A DNA stretch of 64,000 nucleotides from Octopus sinensis (lineage: Eukaryota): the NCBI RefSeq assembly GCF_006345805.1, contig NC_042998.1, forward strand, positions 85,250,001-85,314,000. Direction: 5' to 3'. The notes beneath the pieces are model-generated. The model was not told the DNA's origin, ran no database searches, and saw only the letters and a list, made by a program, of their open reading frames with translations. Positions 1-14,079 of the stretch are shown piece after piece. The translations under genes were made by a program, and so were the position numbers. Within the stretch, counting starts at the first letter, position 1; each line of letters begins with the position of its first letter.

Positions 1-176
1 ACAAAGAATGAAATATGTTGTGGGAAAAAAAATTCCAATTTTTTGGGGCAGGGCTTTTTCATTAAAAAATGTTAAAACTCCACAGAACAAGGTTAATAAA
101 CAAGAACATATTCCCAATATAACTCCCCGACAGAGAGCAAGGTTAGTAAACAATAGATGTAAACAAGAATACATTC
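1..176 (-). CDS. Possible exon running off the window start; hydrophobic peptide (G)MYSCLHLLFTNLALCRGVILGICSCLLTLFCGVLTFFNEKALPQKIGIFFPTTYFILC
   Basis: Acceptor-like cttatttttatcag|GA ATG, 58 open codons, phase compatible with the 54398-54469 exon. Against it, the DNA contains a degenerate internal duplication with small indels, so it may be non-coding. Confidence 0.25.
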
Positions 177-483
177 CTGATAAAAATAAGTTGGAATCTT
201 CAGATGTATTACGGGTGTGAAGCTTGTAACTTATTTGTTTTTACAAGTTCAAAAGCAGCTAAAAATATAAAACAAGATTCACAAGCATTTTTTTTGTCCA
301 ATAAGTTAACCCTCTTGATACCATCCTGCCAGAAACCACACTGAATTATATGAAATAAAAGTTTGTTGTAAAATGATCTGAAATATGGTAACAAAGAGTT
401 GAGAGAACGAGTAGTACCCTTCTGCAGGATTCCCAGACTAATATTGATGAAATTAGCCTTAGTGTGTGTGTGTGTGTGTGTGA

Positions 484-532
<49 letters not shown>

Positions 533-719
533 CGAACACAAGATATTTTCAACAGTGTGAAGCCATGATAGTTTTTAAGTTCATATTATGAACAAATGGT
601 GAAACTGCAACAAGCTCAAGAACCAGATTTAATTCTCTGGACAGTATCCCCATCAGGAAGGAAAGTGGATATTTGTGGCAATGTTAAAACAAATACATGC
701 AATAAAAGTTACAGTATAT

Positions 720-940
720 AGATGAGGGTGCACCTCTGGTTGACTTATTAGAAATATGTAGCTAAGTTGGTTGACTTATTAGAAATATGTAGCCAAGTTG
801 GTTGACTTATTAGAAATATGTCACCAAATTTCCCTCAGATCACAACTTGCCATCTTAAAAGTTGATGGCTGCAAATGGAGTGTCTTTGATCTTAAGTGTG
901 CTCAATGAGAGATAACCTGGAGCTAAACATGTCGACCAAA
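720..940 (+). mobile_element. Dispersed repeat family E; other copies at 4165-4378 (+), 4790-5012 (-), 8585-8725 (-), 22988-23150 (-), 44395-44585 (+), 61815-61945 (-)
   Basis: Recurrent tagaaatagcagccaaatctccctcaaatcac...gcctttgatc...gacctggggctaaacaac-like motifs. Origin unknown, possibly a SINE 3' region. Confidence 0.6.
738..830. repeat. 31-bp tandem repeat x3
   Basis: ggttgacttattagaaatatgtagctaagtt at 738, 769 and 800. Confidence 0.95.
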
Positions 941-1269
941 GGCATTAAAAAATCATGTTGTTGTTGTTCGTAGTGGTGTGGTATTAAACTTATATGGTAT
1001 GATAAACTTACACAACACAGGGTGCTCACTCAGTGTTTAACAAACTAACTTTACTACAGTGGGTAAACTGTAAATTTATGCTGTAGAAAAATTGGCATAC
1101 ATAAATTTGTATAGATTGACATTACTTTGCTTTTATAAATTTCATCAGGAAGGTGAGTATCAAAAATGGGGACCACTGACTGGAAAACTACATACAAACA
1201 TCACTGCTTGTAAGATGACAGTTTTGTTTACAATTAGCATGCATGTTAAGATAAGGTCTCTCACACACG

Positions 1270-1515
1270 TGCATGCACGCAAGGGGTTTCTTTTCAGTTT
1301 CTATCAAATATGTTCTCTAACAAAGCCTTGGTTAGTCCAGAGCTATAGCAGAAGACATTTGTCCAAGATACATATAATGAGATTGAACCCAAAACCCCAT
1401 GGTTGCAAAGAGAACTTCTAAACCACATAACCAAACATGCCTCTATAGTAGAAATACCCCAGGGTGTTGCACAGTGGAACTGAACCCAAAATAACATGGC
1501 CACAAACAAATTTCT
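1270..1515 (-). mobile_element. Family-A SINE 5' fragments
   Basis: tttcagtttctatcaaa..caaagccttgg..gctatagcagaagaca..; gtggaactgaacccaaaa. Confidence 0.65.
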
Positions 1516-2611
1516 TAAAACTGTAATAAATTTTTATTCAAATATCTATTTGTCAGAGAAATTTCTTATACTGACTGAATAAAAAACATTTTACAATTAA
1601 ATGTTAGTAACTCTTGGTGTACAATTTAAAAACTACTGTAAGTATACAATAATTAGAGAATTTCTCCCATACACATACATTTTTCAAAAATGACACATCC
1701 AATATGACTGACAAAACAAACACTGAAGAAGAATTTTAAGATTTTCTCTGTTAGAATACAGAAAATAAGTGAGAGAAAATGTTCTAACTCTCATATAACA
1801 AGCACAGGCAGACATTAATATTCCTCATGTCAAAACTAGTGAAAATGAAATTAGAGAGAAAGAACTTTAATCAATGCCAAGTGATACTTATATCACAGTT
1901 TTCAGTACCTACACAAAAATTAGACAAAGATAAGATGTATATTTTAAACTCTTTTGATACCAACTTTCCCAAGACTGTATTTGATAGCATCAAAGACATG
2001 TGGCAAATTAGATGCATTCCAATGTCAGCAGTGTATGTCCAGGGAAAATGATTTTAAAAAATGATTTTAGGGTATTAAAGCATGTAATATAGGCCCAACT
2101 TTACATACAGGATCAGGAGATATCTTTTTGAAAAAAAGTGCGCCTTGTATATACCATCAAATGTAGTACATTAAATCTTTACAACAATATTTCAAGTTAA
2201 TTCACATACCAAAATTCCAGATAAATAATTACAAAATAATTTTATTAAATTCATCATCATTTTAAAAATTCATTGTAACAAAATCATATTTCAAAGGAAA
2301 TATGATAACAAAAGAATTAATATAGTTAATATATGCAATATTGTCAGTGATAAAAATGAAATGGTCAGGTATTATGGAAAAAATATGGAAAGAATGGATC
2401 AAAACAGGATGAACAATGCGAAACTTTGATCTTAGGTAAATTTATGTGGAAAAGATGTGTTTCAACTGTATCTTGTGGTTAACTTCTTGAATATTTAAAA
2501 TTTATAGTAAATCAAAACCTTCTGGTAGTGATCCAGCCTCATCAAGATTTTGATTTCTTATTTGTTGTATGAATTCATTTTCTATACTACTCATTTATTA
2601 TTATCATTATT

Positions 2612-3215
2612 AAAGTGGCAAGCTGACAGAATCATTAGTGCATCCAACAAAATACTTAGCAGCATTTCTTCTGGATCTCTATGTTCTGAGTTCAAATTCA
2701 CCTGAGGTTGATTTTTGCCTTTCATTCTTTCAGGCTTGATGAAATAAGTACCAGTTGAGCACTGGGGTTGATGTAATTGACTGGTGCCTTTTCCCCCCAA
2801 GTTTCAGGCCTTGTACCTATTGTAGAAAAGATTATTATTATTATTATTAAAGGTGGCAAACTGGCAAAAATCATTAGCATGCTGGGCAAAATGCTTAGCA
2901 ATATTTTGTCCACCTTGACTTCAAATTCTGCCAGGGATGACTTTGCCTTTCATCCTTTCGAGGTTGATAAACCGAGTACCAGTGAAACACTGGGGGTCAA
3001 TGTAATTGACTAGTCCCCTCCCCTAAAATTTCAGGCCTTGTGTCTTTAATAGAAAGGATTATTATTATTAGGATAGTGAATTAGCAGAATCATTAAAGCA
3101 TTGAAATAAATGGTCTGCAACATTTGTTCCAACTCTTTACATTCTAAGTTCAAATCCTACCAAGGTTAACTTCAATTTTCATCCTTTCTAAAAAACGTAT
3201 CAGACAAGTACTTTA
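2612..3215 (+). mobile_element. Head-to-tail array of 3 tRNA-derived SINEs (family B, ~240 bp, (ATT)n tail)
   Basis: Repeated head ggcaagctggcagaatcattag, B-box-like gagttcaaattc, core ctttgcctttcatcctttcggggtcgataaaataagtaccag, tail gccttgtgcct..agaaagg(att)n. Confidence 0.85.
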
Positions 3216-5110
3216 ATTGAAACAAAGATAGATGGTAACAAAAAGGTTAAGGAGATCCAGAGGAAAATAAATTATGGTAAGACTTAAAGAATATGACAGC
3301 TTCATCTATAAACTACAACAAAGGACAGATTCTCAGAGCAACTGTCATTATAACAACTGTCATAAAATAAACCACTGTCAGTGGAATTTAAAATGCTGAT
3401 TCACTTTCAGATAGATATATTACCTGCAAGAGAAGCTAATTAATGCCAGGTTCATATTTTATATATTGCATTTCATACAGATTCTATAAGATCTTCAATC
3501 TTCAGCTGTTGACAAATTGCCAGAGTGGAAACAGCTGCCTTCTCCTCCTTGGCTTAACTTTGTTGTCAGCAAATTTAGTTTTCTTCTATAATCTTTTTAT
3601 TCTTTCATGACATTTCCTGCAGCTGTTGAATATTTTTCATTTATAATAATAGGTTCCTTTGTAACCATTTCAGTATTTGATAATCTACACATGAGACATG
3701 TGCAGATATCTGTTTTTAATAAAAATGCATTTATTAACACGACTCATTGAACCAATCTAACAGCAAGAAATGTGGTATATTTGTATCTTGTTCATTGCAC
3801 TACAAGTGTGAAAAACACACGTTATCAGCAAAATATGATCAGATATTTTTGTGAAACTTTTACTTGAACACACAAACACGCAAGCACACACAAAGAAAGA
3901 ACCAGGGAGGACACCAACCAGCTGCATGAAAAGCTACAATGCCCCAATATTAGAAGTTAGTTGTAGATACAGGGAGAAGGAATGACATCAGATCTAAGAA
4001 TCACAGGTCTCAGATAAGATACCAAGTGGTCACGAAGATGGGCAAAATGTTAAACTGCAAACCTATCCAACCCACAACAGCAAGTAAAAAAAATAAAATA
4101 AAATAAAACTGTTATGAATGAGGACATTATTGATGTAACATAAGCACATATAAATAGATGTTGAAACCAACCAGGGAGCCTCTAAGAGCCTCTATACTGT
4201 CACTGAAACTTCTAGAAAAAGCAACAAAATCTCCCTCAAATTATACCCTAACTTCTTTAGTCCTAGCTTACATATTGTCAGAGAGAAAGAAGACAGGATA
4301 GTCACGGATGAGAATGTCTATCATATGTCTTGATTATACCTCAACTGGTGATAGTCAACAACAATAACAACAGCAAACATATTTCAGATTGATCTTATAA
4401 CAATAATTTTTGTAGATCTCATAAAAAGTGGGAGGGTTTCTTATGAAATAATATGTTTACAGCTAATGAGGGTGATAATTAGCAGCAGTTATAATATGAA
4501 CATCAAGTTCTGGAATTATTGATTCAGAACCACACAGCAAAATCGGCTGAATCTATCCTACTTCACCTATGATCATAGCTTAATGAAATCAATTCTAAAT
4601 ATGGATTAAATTTAATTTTGATGGATTAAAAAGTAAACTGTTTTTTAACTAAAATTTATGGTCAATAGCGTCAACAAATATAAAAGACAATGTGCATATA
4701 ACAATGTCAGAGAGGTGCGAGAAATATGTAAAGGGATGCAATGTTAATAAAAGGTGTGCAACAGTATATATCCAGTACAGTGGAAAGGATAGTTGTTATT
4801 TAGACCCTGATCAAGCCTTATTGAGCAGATTTATTATCAAATATATGTTCATTTTGTCTTTGCTTCGGTGTAGCTAGGACTATATTATCTATAGTATATT
4901 TCTGCTTCAATTTTTATTTTGTTTTAAAGTGGTAGTATGTGATTTATTTAAGAGAGATTAGGCTGCTAAATCTAGGAGAGTGACCACATTAAGGCTTCCT
5001 CCTTGGCTTGACAGCAGCAAGAAAGTGTGTAATGGTATGTCAGGAGTGAAGTGGTTAAATGGTATGTGAAAGAACATATTGAACACAATCGTAAAAGGGT
5101 GCACATTGAG

Positions 5111-5163
<53 letters not shown>

Positions 5164-5586
5164 GTGTTAATAGGGGAAGATGAGGATATGTATCGTAAAC
5201 AACGGTGAATAAAAGGTGTATAGAAAGCCTTGGTTGAGTATTGCGATCATGTATGTTTACTGGAAGATAATCTACTTCATTGTTACTCAGAGTTTCTCAT
5301 TATGTGTGATCATTAAGACAACACAAATATTAATCTTTCTGCTGTCTGAATGACTGCACACAACTAGAAACTGAGAAGCGATAGAGTGAATCATCAGCTT
5401 CTTCTGAATAAATAAGCTACAACTTGACTTCATGTACTGAGGTATGTTTTCTCTTGCTTGTACTGCAAATCTATACACACGCATGCACACACACACATAA
5501 AAAATTGTAAAGCGAATACAAAAATGAATGTAAGGGTGTAGTGGTAAATGAATGTGTATCAGTAAGTATGTATATGTGTGCGTATG

Positions 5587-5640
<54 letters not shown>

Positions 5641-5822
5641 TAAGAGAGTTACCGCTAAGTGGTTAACTCTGTGTGTGTGTGTGTGTGCATGTGTGTATAG
5701 TGAGAAAAACAGTCAGTGAGATAGATAGGTAGGTGAGTAGATGGATAGATAGCTAGAAAGGTAGATGGATAGGTGGGTAGACAGATAGGTAGATATATAT
5801 ATATATACACACACATACACAC

Positions 5823-5884
<62 letters not shown>

Positions 5885-6735
5885 CATACATATATATGTG
5901 ATAGATACAGATACATAAAACTGAAAAAGAAATACAAAAAAAAAAGAGTATAAGAGCATAGTGGTAAATGGGTGCATTTCTCTCTCTATGTATCTATCTA
6001 TATATATATGAGAATAGTAAAAGATAGAGAAGTCATGCTTCTTCATATATGTATATATATATATACACACACACACACCACACACACACACACACCCATG
6101 CTAGCATGGAAAACGGACGCTAAATGATGATGATGATGATGAATTAGTATGGAAGGAAAAGGTAAGTTCAGTCAGGGAGTGATAAAGGAGTGTTGTAACA
6201 GTACCAAAGGAATTCAGTGTGAAAAAAGTGAGAGTACAAATTAAAAGGAGACAATGTTGTTGAACTGTTATCATTATTAATTTTGCATAGCTAAAAAGAT
6301 TTTAAACTATGACTACAACTAGTGGTGGCAACAATGATGACAATGATTAGTAAATGAGCTTGAATATATTACCAATTAAGTAAAAGCTAATATAACAATG
6401 CTAAGTATAAGAACAAATAGGTAAGAGTATTATAAGGGTGCAGCTAGGTGAAAAAAACGAGAGTATATGTAGAGTGGAATGGGAACACAGAGTGCAGCAG
6501 GGAGAGTATAAGAATGTGGCAGGAAGGGAATGAGAGTATAGTAGGAAGTGAGAATATAGTAGGCAAAGAATGAGAGCATAGAATGCGACAGTGCAAGAGA
6601 ATGTAGGGTATGTATGTGTATGCACATGAATATGAGTGTGTATAGTGAGAAAAACAGGCAGTGAGATAGATAGGTAGGTGAGTAGATGGATAGATAGCTA
6701 GAAAGGTAGATGGATAGGTGGGTAGACAGATAGGT

Positions 6736-6776
<41 letters not shown>

Positions 6777-6864
6777 AAGGTGTAGGTGGAGAAAGAATAA
6801 AAATGCTGTCGACTATATATGCAAGAGAAGAGTCAAGTAATAGAGGAGTATGAATGAATGAATA

Positions 6865-6944
6865 TTATGTGTGTGTGCGTATATGTGTGCGCACATATGT
6901 ATGTATATGTGTGTGTGTGTGTGTGTGTATATGTATATATATAC

Positions 6945-6983
<39 letters not shown>

Positions 6984-7335
6984 TATATGTATGTATGTGT
7001 GTGTGTGTGTATATATATGAATGTATATATAGGAATATATGTATGTGTGTGTGTGTATATATATGAATGTATATATAGGAATATATGTATGTGTGTGTGT
7101 ATATATATGTGTGTGTAAATATAGACGAATGTATATATATATATGTGTGTGCGCGCGCGTGTGCATGTATGTATGCGCACTCACACATGTATCCTTGTGC
7201 TTGTACATACACACATACATAACCACATACTCATTTATATTACAGTTTATGTATATATGTATGCACACATTAGCTATATAATACCAATAGAGTGTATGTA
7301 TGCATAACTGTGCATACATACATAGGCACATACGT
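6865..7335. repeat. Compound (TA)/(TG) microsatellite with higher-order duplication
   Basis: tatatatgaatgtatatataggaatatatgtatgtgtgtgtg is repeated. Confidence 0.95.
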
Positions 7336-7959
7336 TTTACACAGACATCATAAAAAAAGAGAGAAAGAAAGCAGTTAACCATGACATTGCATAAAAAGAG
7401 GGGGGGGGGAAACAAGAAGGAGAAAAGAAAGAGAAAAGGAAGAAATGAAGGGGAAAAAGTTTCGAAAAGAGCAATTAGAACCAGACATAGTAAACAGAAA
7501 GAAGTCAGCAGAGGTCATTGGGTCATGACAGACAAAAAGAAAAAAGTGTTAAGCAACATAAGGTATAACCAATAACTATATCACAAGACCAGTTATTGAA
7601 TTTTTCCTGCAATGACAATATTATATAAGTGTAAAATACATCGATGATAGCGTGATAGTGGTTTGAGGAGGGAGGAGAGAGAGAAAGAGAGAGAGTGAGA
7701 ACGTGTGTGTATGGAGGGCAAAGTGGGGAAATAGCCAGACTACTGCTGTTATGTCATGTCTGTTGTTGAGGAAGGAAAAACTGTTTAAATAGCTATGGCT
7801 GTATTTTATGGCAGACGACAGTGTCTGGATAGGTAGGTAGGTAGGTGGTGGTTGTGATGATGGTAGTAATAATGGTGGTGGTGGTGGTTAAGATGGAGGT
7901 GATGGTGGAGGTAGTAGTGAGAGTGATGTAGGTGATGGAGTGAGGTGAACAAGATGCAA

Positions 7960-8435
7960 TTTATTTAAACATTTGAAAGACACACAAGAAAGACTAGGAA
8001 AAGAAAGAGTCAAAGACACGGAGAAAAAGAATAAAGTAGGAGAGAGAAGGCCAAAGAAAAAGTAAAAGACACAAGGAGAGACAGACAGACAGAGAAGAAA
8101 GAGAGGAGAGAGTGACAAAGAGGAAGAGATAGACAGAGGGACAAGGTGAAAGAGTGAGAAAACAAGAGATACAGATAAAGGGAATAGGAGCAGCAAAGAG
8201 AAAGATAAAGAAAGATATTCAGAAAAAGACAGGGTAGGGAGAAGAAAGAGAGAGACAAAGAGAAAGAGAAATAGAAGCAAGGTGAAAGAGGTAGAGCAAT
8301 AAGGGGGATGAGAAAGAGATAGAAAAATAAAAAAAGGAGAGAGAGAAAGAGGGGGACAACAGATAAGAGAGGTTCAGAAACAAGACTAAGAGAAATACAG
8401 AAAAAGAGGGAGAAAGTGAAGGAAAAAAAGGACAT
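7960..8435. repeat. Long polypurine (GA-rich) low-complexity tract; similar tracts at 55625-55915, 62375-62810 and 63165-63272
   Basis: The plus strand is almost all A/G. Confidence 0.9.
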
Positions 8436-8883
8436 AATACATTCAGACAGACACTGTGTATACAAATGTATAGAAACATATAAACACACATATGTATGTA
8501 GAATGATGCACAATAAAAAGGTGTGCTAGAAAAATTTTAAGTAATGTATGCATACATGGATCTGTGTGCGATCCTCATTTAGAAACTTGACAGTCCTGAT
8601 TGAACAGACCTCTAAGATCAAAGGCATTCCAGCCTGCCTTCTTTTAAGATGGGGGTGTGTGATTTGAGGTGAACTGGGTTGCTATTTCTAGCATGTTACG
8701 AAATTACACAGTGACTCCCTTACAGGGTTTGCTTCTGTGTCACTGAAGTAATTAATGCATGTCCACAGAAATTTATGTAATAATGGGTATACAACATACA
8801 TACATATATGTAAAATCACACACATGTATACACACAGAATGTATACATACAAAACACACAAACATAGAATACACACACACACA

Positions 8884-9087
8884 CAAGGGGGTCCTGAAAA
8901 TTTCTTGGCTTTGGGTAAAAGAAAATATAATTATGATTTTATCCAACGTATTTCCCTCTCAGTTTCACACACTTATTGCTGTTGGCCTTCAGGTTTTCTA
9001 AGCTCTGTAAAAGAACTCAGAAGGTGGGGCCTCCAACCAGGCCTTTTGTGATACCCTTAAAGCCAGGAACTTTTCAGAACCTCCTTG
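8884..9087. mobile_element. Mariner-like MITE (~204 bp) with ~29-bp terminal inverted repeats
   Basis: Left caagggggtcctgaaaatttcttggcttt; right aaagccaggaacttttcagaacctccttg. Confidence 0.8.
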
Positions 9088-9539
9088 TGTGTGTGTGTGT
9101 GTGTGTGTGTGTATAGATAGATAGATAGATTCTATACACTAAAAACTGCATGTACAGAGCAGACAATGTATTCAAAAACTATATATATATATATATATAT
9201 ATACAGAAGCTGTATGTATGTGTTATGCATATATATATTCTATACACTAAAAACTATATGTGCAGAGCAGACAATGTATTCAAAAACTAAATATACAGAA
9301 ACTCTATGTGTGTGTATATAGTCATAGTAATACTTATGCACAAATAAACTCACTAAACCACAAACACACACCTTTGCATACATACAAAATAGAGATATGC
9401 ATACACACACACTCAAAGTGTAACTGATAAACTGAATACATACACACACATCTATGTGCACATAAATGTACAATGTTCAAGCTATAATATTCATCTAACT
9501 ACTAAAAAAAAAATACAAACAGGCAAAAACGATGTGTAT

Positions 9540-9971
9540 GCACAAACAATTTAGGCGCCTACCACCACAGCACAGACATGAAATAAAAAGACCATCCACC
9601 CAAGTGTACATGCCCACAATTTAAGAGAATGCTAACACAGACAAAAAATGCGTAAGTGCACAAGAGTACATGTGTATATATACAATTTTTAAGAGCATAC
9701 TAACTGAAAAATGCGTGCACAAGTATATGCGCATACAATTTAAGAGTATGCCAACACAGAAACATGCATGTAAATGTGCACAAAAGATACACAATTTATG
9801 ATCATACTAGACTGACAAAACCAAGAATATATATGCATCAGTGTATGCATATACAATTTATGAAGTAATGCAGTCAAAATCATGCATATGTATGCATGAG
9901 TGTATGCACACAATTTAAGAGCAAAATAATGCACATACACACCTTAGGTTCACATTTACAAAGACAAGTAT

Positions 9972-10010
<39 letters not shown>

Positions 10011-10350
10011 AGAGAATGGATGTATACACACATACAATTTAAGTGCAAAGTAATGCAGACAAAATCACGCACAATGTATGTGTATGTGTACGCAAATACA
10101 ATTTAAGAGCAAACAGATGAATAACATGTGTATGCAAACTACATACACAATTTAAGAACACTAATACAAACAGCATGCATATATATGCAGGTGTGTGTGC
10201 ACAATAATTTAAGAGCAGACAAAAAGATGCATGAGTTCATGGGTGTGCATACACAGTTTAAGAATTCATTTATACAAAGAAATACATGCATCCTTTGGGG
10301 TGCAAGAGTATGCAAGTAGACACAATTTAATAGCAGACAAAATCATGCAT
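9540..10350. repeat. Degenerate array of ~13 ACAATTTAAGAGCA-like motifs at ~50-70-bp spacing
   Basis: Motif starts near 9546, 9616, 9682, 9735, 9791, 9853, 9910, 10034, 10098, 10147, 10204, 10253 and 10322. Confidence 0.8.
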
Positions 10351-11057
10351 GCTTGTATGCATGGCTTTATACCAAATATATAATCATACAAATAGTGCAA
10401 TGCTATATACCCTTCTCAGTTATATACAGATTCATTTATACACTCCTGCATACATTAGCACGTACACAGTCATGCAGACACACATACACGTATGCAGATA
10501 CACTCAATGACACACATATACTTGCAGACAAATACACACATACACAGAGACATTTATGCAGACACATGAATGCAAACAGCATGCACAACTACACACACAT
10601 ACTGTAGTTGCAGATGCCTATGCTAAACCATGGTGAAAACTGCACTAACAAAGTCAATACTGTATTTGTATTTAGTATGCAGCATGCTCCCCAGAGGTAT
10701 TTTCCCTCAGCCATATTGTTTAATAGTGGCAATTACTCAATACAACAAACTACATGACTGCTAACCTAAATCCCCTCTTGGTGCACCCACCTTATCTGTT
10801 AGTGTGACCGTCATGTATTTAATCCCGCAGAGCCCTCCCGACCATAATAAAACATTTTGTTTAAACACTTTTTACCCAACCCTCGCAGGAAATTCCTACC
10901 TTCTATTCCCCTCACTCTGCTCTAACTTCAAGTCTGCTACAATTCAAATTACTGAACACATCAAGAGAACAACTGTACTAGCAGTTATCATCCCTACTCC
11001 CTAGTTAAACAGAACCTAAAAGGGACTGTGTGTATCTTTCTTCCTCTTGAATTTTTT

Positions 11058-11750
11058 TGGCAGAAATATTACAGCATCAGAAGAAATGGTTAGCAGTGAT
11101 TTGTCCTTATAAGTTCTGAGTTCAAATTCTGCCAAGGCCAACTTAACCTTTTCAGCCTTTCAGAATAAATAAAATAGAGTACCAGTTAAATACTGGGGGT
11201 TTGATATAATTGATTAATCCTCTCCTACTAACAGTGCCGGCCTTGTGACCAAAGTTAAAAAGAATTATTATTGCTATTATTATTATTATCATTATTATTA
11301 AAACAATGACCTGGTAGAATCATTAGCATACCAGGTAATGTGCTTAGCAGCTTTTCATCTGCTTTTGCTCTCAGTTCAAATTCTTCCAAGGTTGACTTTG
11401 CCTTTCATCTTTTTGGGGTCAGTAAAATGAATACCAATTGAGCACCGGGGTCAATGTGATTGACTTATCTCCTCCCCCAAAATAGTTGACCTTCTGCTAA
11501 AATTTGAAACTATTATTACTTTCATCGTCAGAGCAATGGATGGGTAGAATTGTAAAAGTATCGCTAAAAATGTTTTTTGGCCTTTGTTTTGACATTGCGT
11601 TCTGTGTTCAAATCACACCGAAGACAATTTTGCTATTTATTGTTTCAAGGTTGATGAAATAAAGTACCAGTCATGTATCAGGGTCAATTTAATGAATTAC
11701 ACCCCTTCCCTCAAACTACTGCTCTTGTGCTCAAATTAGAAACAATTATT
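11058..11750 (+). mobile_element. Array of 3 family-B SINEs
   Basis: Three diverged head/B-box/core units separated by (ATT)n. Confidence 0.8.
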
Positions 11751-14079
11751 TTTATTGTGGCTGTTGTATGCAATGAACAAACAGGAAAATAATTATATTT
11801 TACCATTATTTACTTGTAAAAAGTGATTGGTTTATTTTACAAACAAAAAGCTTTAGAAAATTTGAGCATCAAATCTATTACTCTGGTGTGAAAAATACAA
11901 GGTTAGTCTAAAGATATTTTCCCCATCATTGTTTACTAGTGTTTCAAGATAGCCAACTCTGAGGGAGCAGGAAGAGGGACTAGCCACAAAGGTGGTAGCA
12001 ATAAATATGCACCCAAAGATGTTTTTAAAAATTCTGTTGTAAACAAAGCAAAAACAAACTTCAAAAATAAATAGAAAAAATGGCAATTCAAACAAATACT
12101 TTAGTAAATACAAAGTTTTACACTTTATAAAACAAATAAGGTAAAATGCTAAAAATTAACAAAAGGCAACCATATTAACTGTATATCTTTTGCTGGCATA
12201 GTGAGTCAGAGAGAAACACTGGATAGGAGTCAACTTCAGAAAAGGTTATATAAGTAAAGAATTATGTCCCAAAAGACAATGTCCTCTTAAGGAAACAGCT
12301 TTTCTTTTAGATAGATTACATTGAAAACTCCATGGTTCTAGATCTTACAAGGGTCAACAGCAGAAACAGCAAAAATACCAGTAAGCTTTGGGGGTGAAAA
12401 TCATGGCAGCAAAGCTAAGGACAGCCAGAATGGAAGAAATCAACTGATGCCCAGTGACAGAAGCCAACAAAGAGGTAGAGTATCAAAAAGCTGAAGAGTC
12501 TCTGACCCTAGCACAAAACCGAACAGAGGCTATAACAGCAGTGACATCTCATTATTTTGTGAATGTGGGAGGAAAGACTGGAGAAAGATGACAAACTCTG
12601 TGTGTGTGTGTGTGTGAGAGAGAGAGAAGCCTAGATCATCGACAAGAGAAACACATGAAGAAAAGGCTTCTCCACCAGTATACTTCACTATAATGAGGGT
12701 TCACATGGGGATGCTAATTTGCATGATTTGGCAAGATCAGATTTCCTAAGGATCAACATTGCATGTCATCTCTCTGAAGCTGGTAAAAATTTAGTACCAG
12801 TTAAGTACTGGGGATGATAGTATTGACTTATACCTTCTCCTTAAAATTGCTGACCTTCAGAAACCATTCTTTTTATTATTATTAACAGTAGCACTATCAT
12901 GTTATTGGCCTGTCAAGCAGTACTGCTAGGCCTCACAAGGCAAAAAAAAAAAAAATTCTAGCAGTTGCAAATTAGGTTTAATAAGATTTAAAATATCTGT
13001 TTTTTTAAATTTTATTATTTCAAGTTTATACTTCATAAATATCCATTAAAAAAATGAATAAATGTAAACATTTGCTCTATTTAAGTCATACTTCAAATAG
13101 GGCATATAGTATTACAAAGTGAGTGAGTGTGTGAACAATGTCCTCATACATGCTCTATTTAGTTATATTGTGAGCTGTTATAAGGAAGAGAATTATAAAC
13201 ATCTGGGTTGTTAATTTGCTAGCTTCACTGGTTTAATGGCCCTCATGTTATATTTTCTTTTGTCACAGGCAGACTGCTGTGTTTCTGGCTAAGAAACTTA
13301 AATCTTAAAACCTTCAGTCCACTTAGCCACAAAATAGGTACCACAGGAAAAGTAAGTTCACAGCTGTACTTACTGTGTCAGCACTAGTGAACTGATGGGT
13401 GTTTTTTTTTAATTAACACATGATATTATCCTGTAACCTTCAATGGCTCATTTGGGTCACCATCTCAAGATTCATAGTAATGTTGTAGTTCATGGACAAA
13501 TCAGTCTAGCACAACCCAACAATTTCTAAGTTACTGACTGACAACAGCCAGAAATTGTAGGTAGAAGAATGAAGGGAAAGGTTATGGCTCCACTAGGAAT
13601 TGATTTTGCATTAAAGATTCAGATTATCAAGAGCTTCCCCCACCATACCCTACAGTATTTACATTCACTGAAGTTCTTCAAGAGAGGAAGAGATACCAAC
13701 CTGTATAAGACTGCTCCTAGTTCTATGAAATAAACTTCCTGCTTTAGAGTGATCTAAATTAAAACCGTCCATCAAAATTTCATGTTAATTTGTTTCAAAC
13801 ATTAGCTTAATAAGCATAATACTAATTCATAGTTCCTTTGTTGGCCCCTAACATATTTGTTGATTTGAAAATGAAAGCCACATGTTTAAGTGTTAAATCT
13901 TGGTGGCAAGGAGGAGAGAATATCCAAAATATGTCTTCAGCTGGAATACTGAACAAACAATTTGTAATTAGCTTAACATCATGTCACAAGTTTTTACAAA
14001 AACAGAGTTGACAGTGAGGAGGAGGTAGGGTTGTCACCAAACAATAACAAAAACAACAGTTTCAGCATTTAAGTATATA

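Noticed and set aside
209-541. 110-aa minus-strand ORF
   Set aside because: It spans (GA)n/(GT)n repeats and a MITE remnant.
7888-8513. Leu/Ser/Phe-rich minus-strand ORFs (also 62354-62950)
   Set aside because: Polypyrimidine low-complexity sequence, not membrane proteins.
9540-10350. CRISPR call for the motif array
   Set aside because: The motif is short and degenerate, spacers are low-complexity and irregular, the context is eukaryotic, and there are no cas genes.
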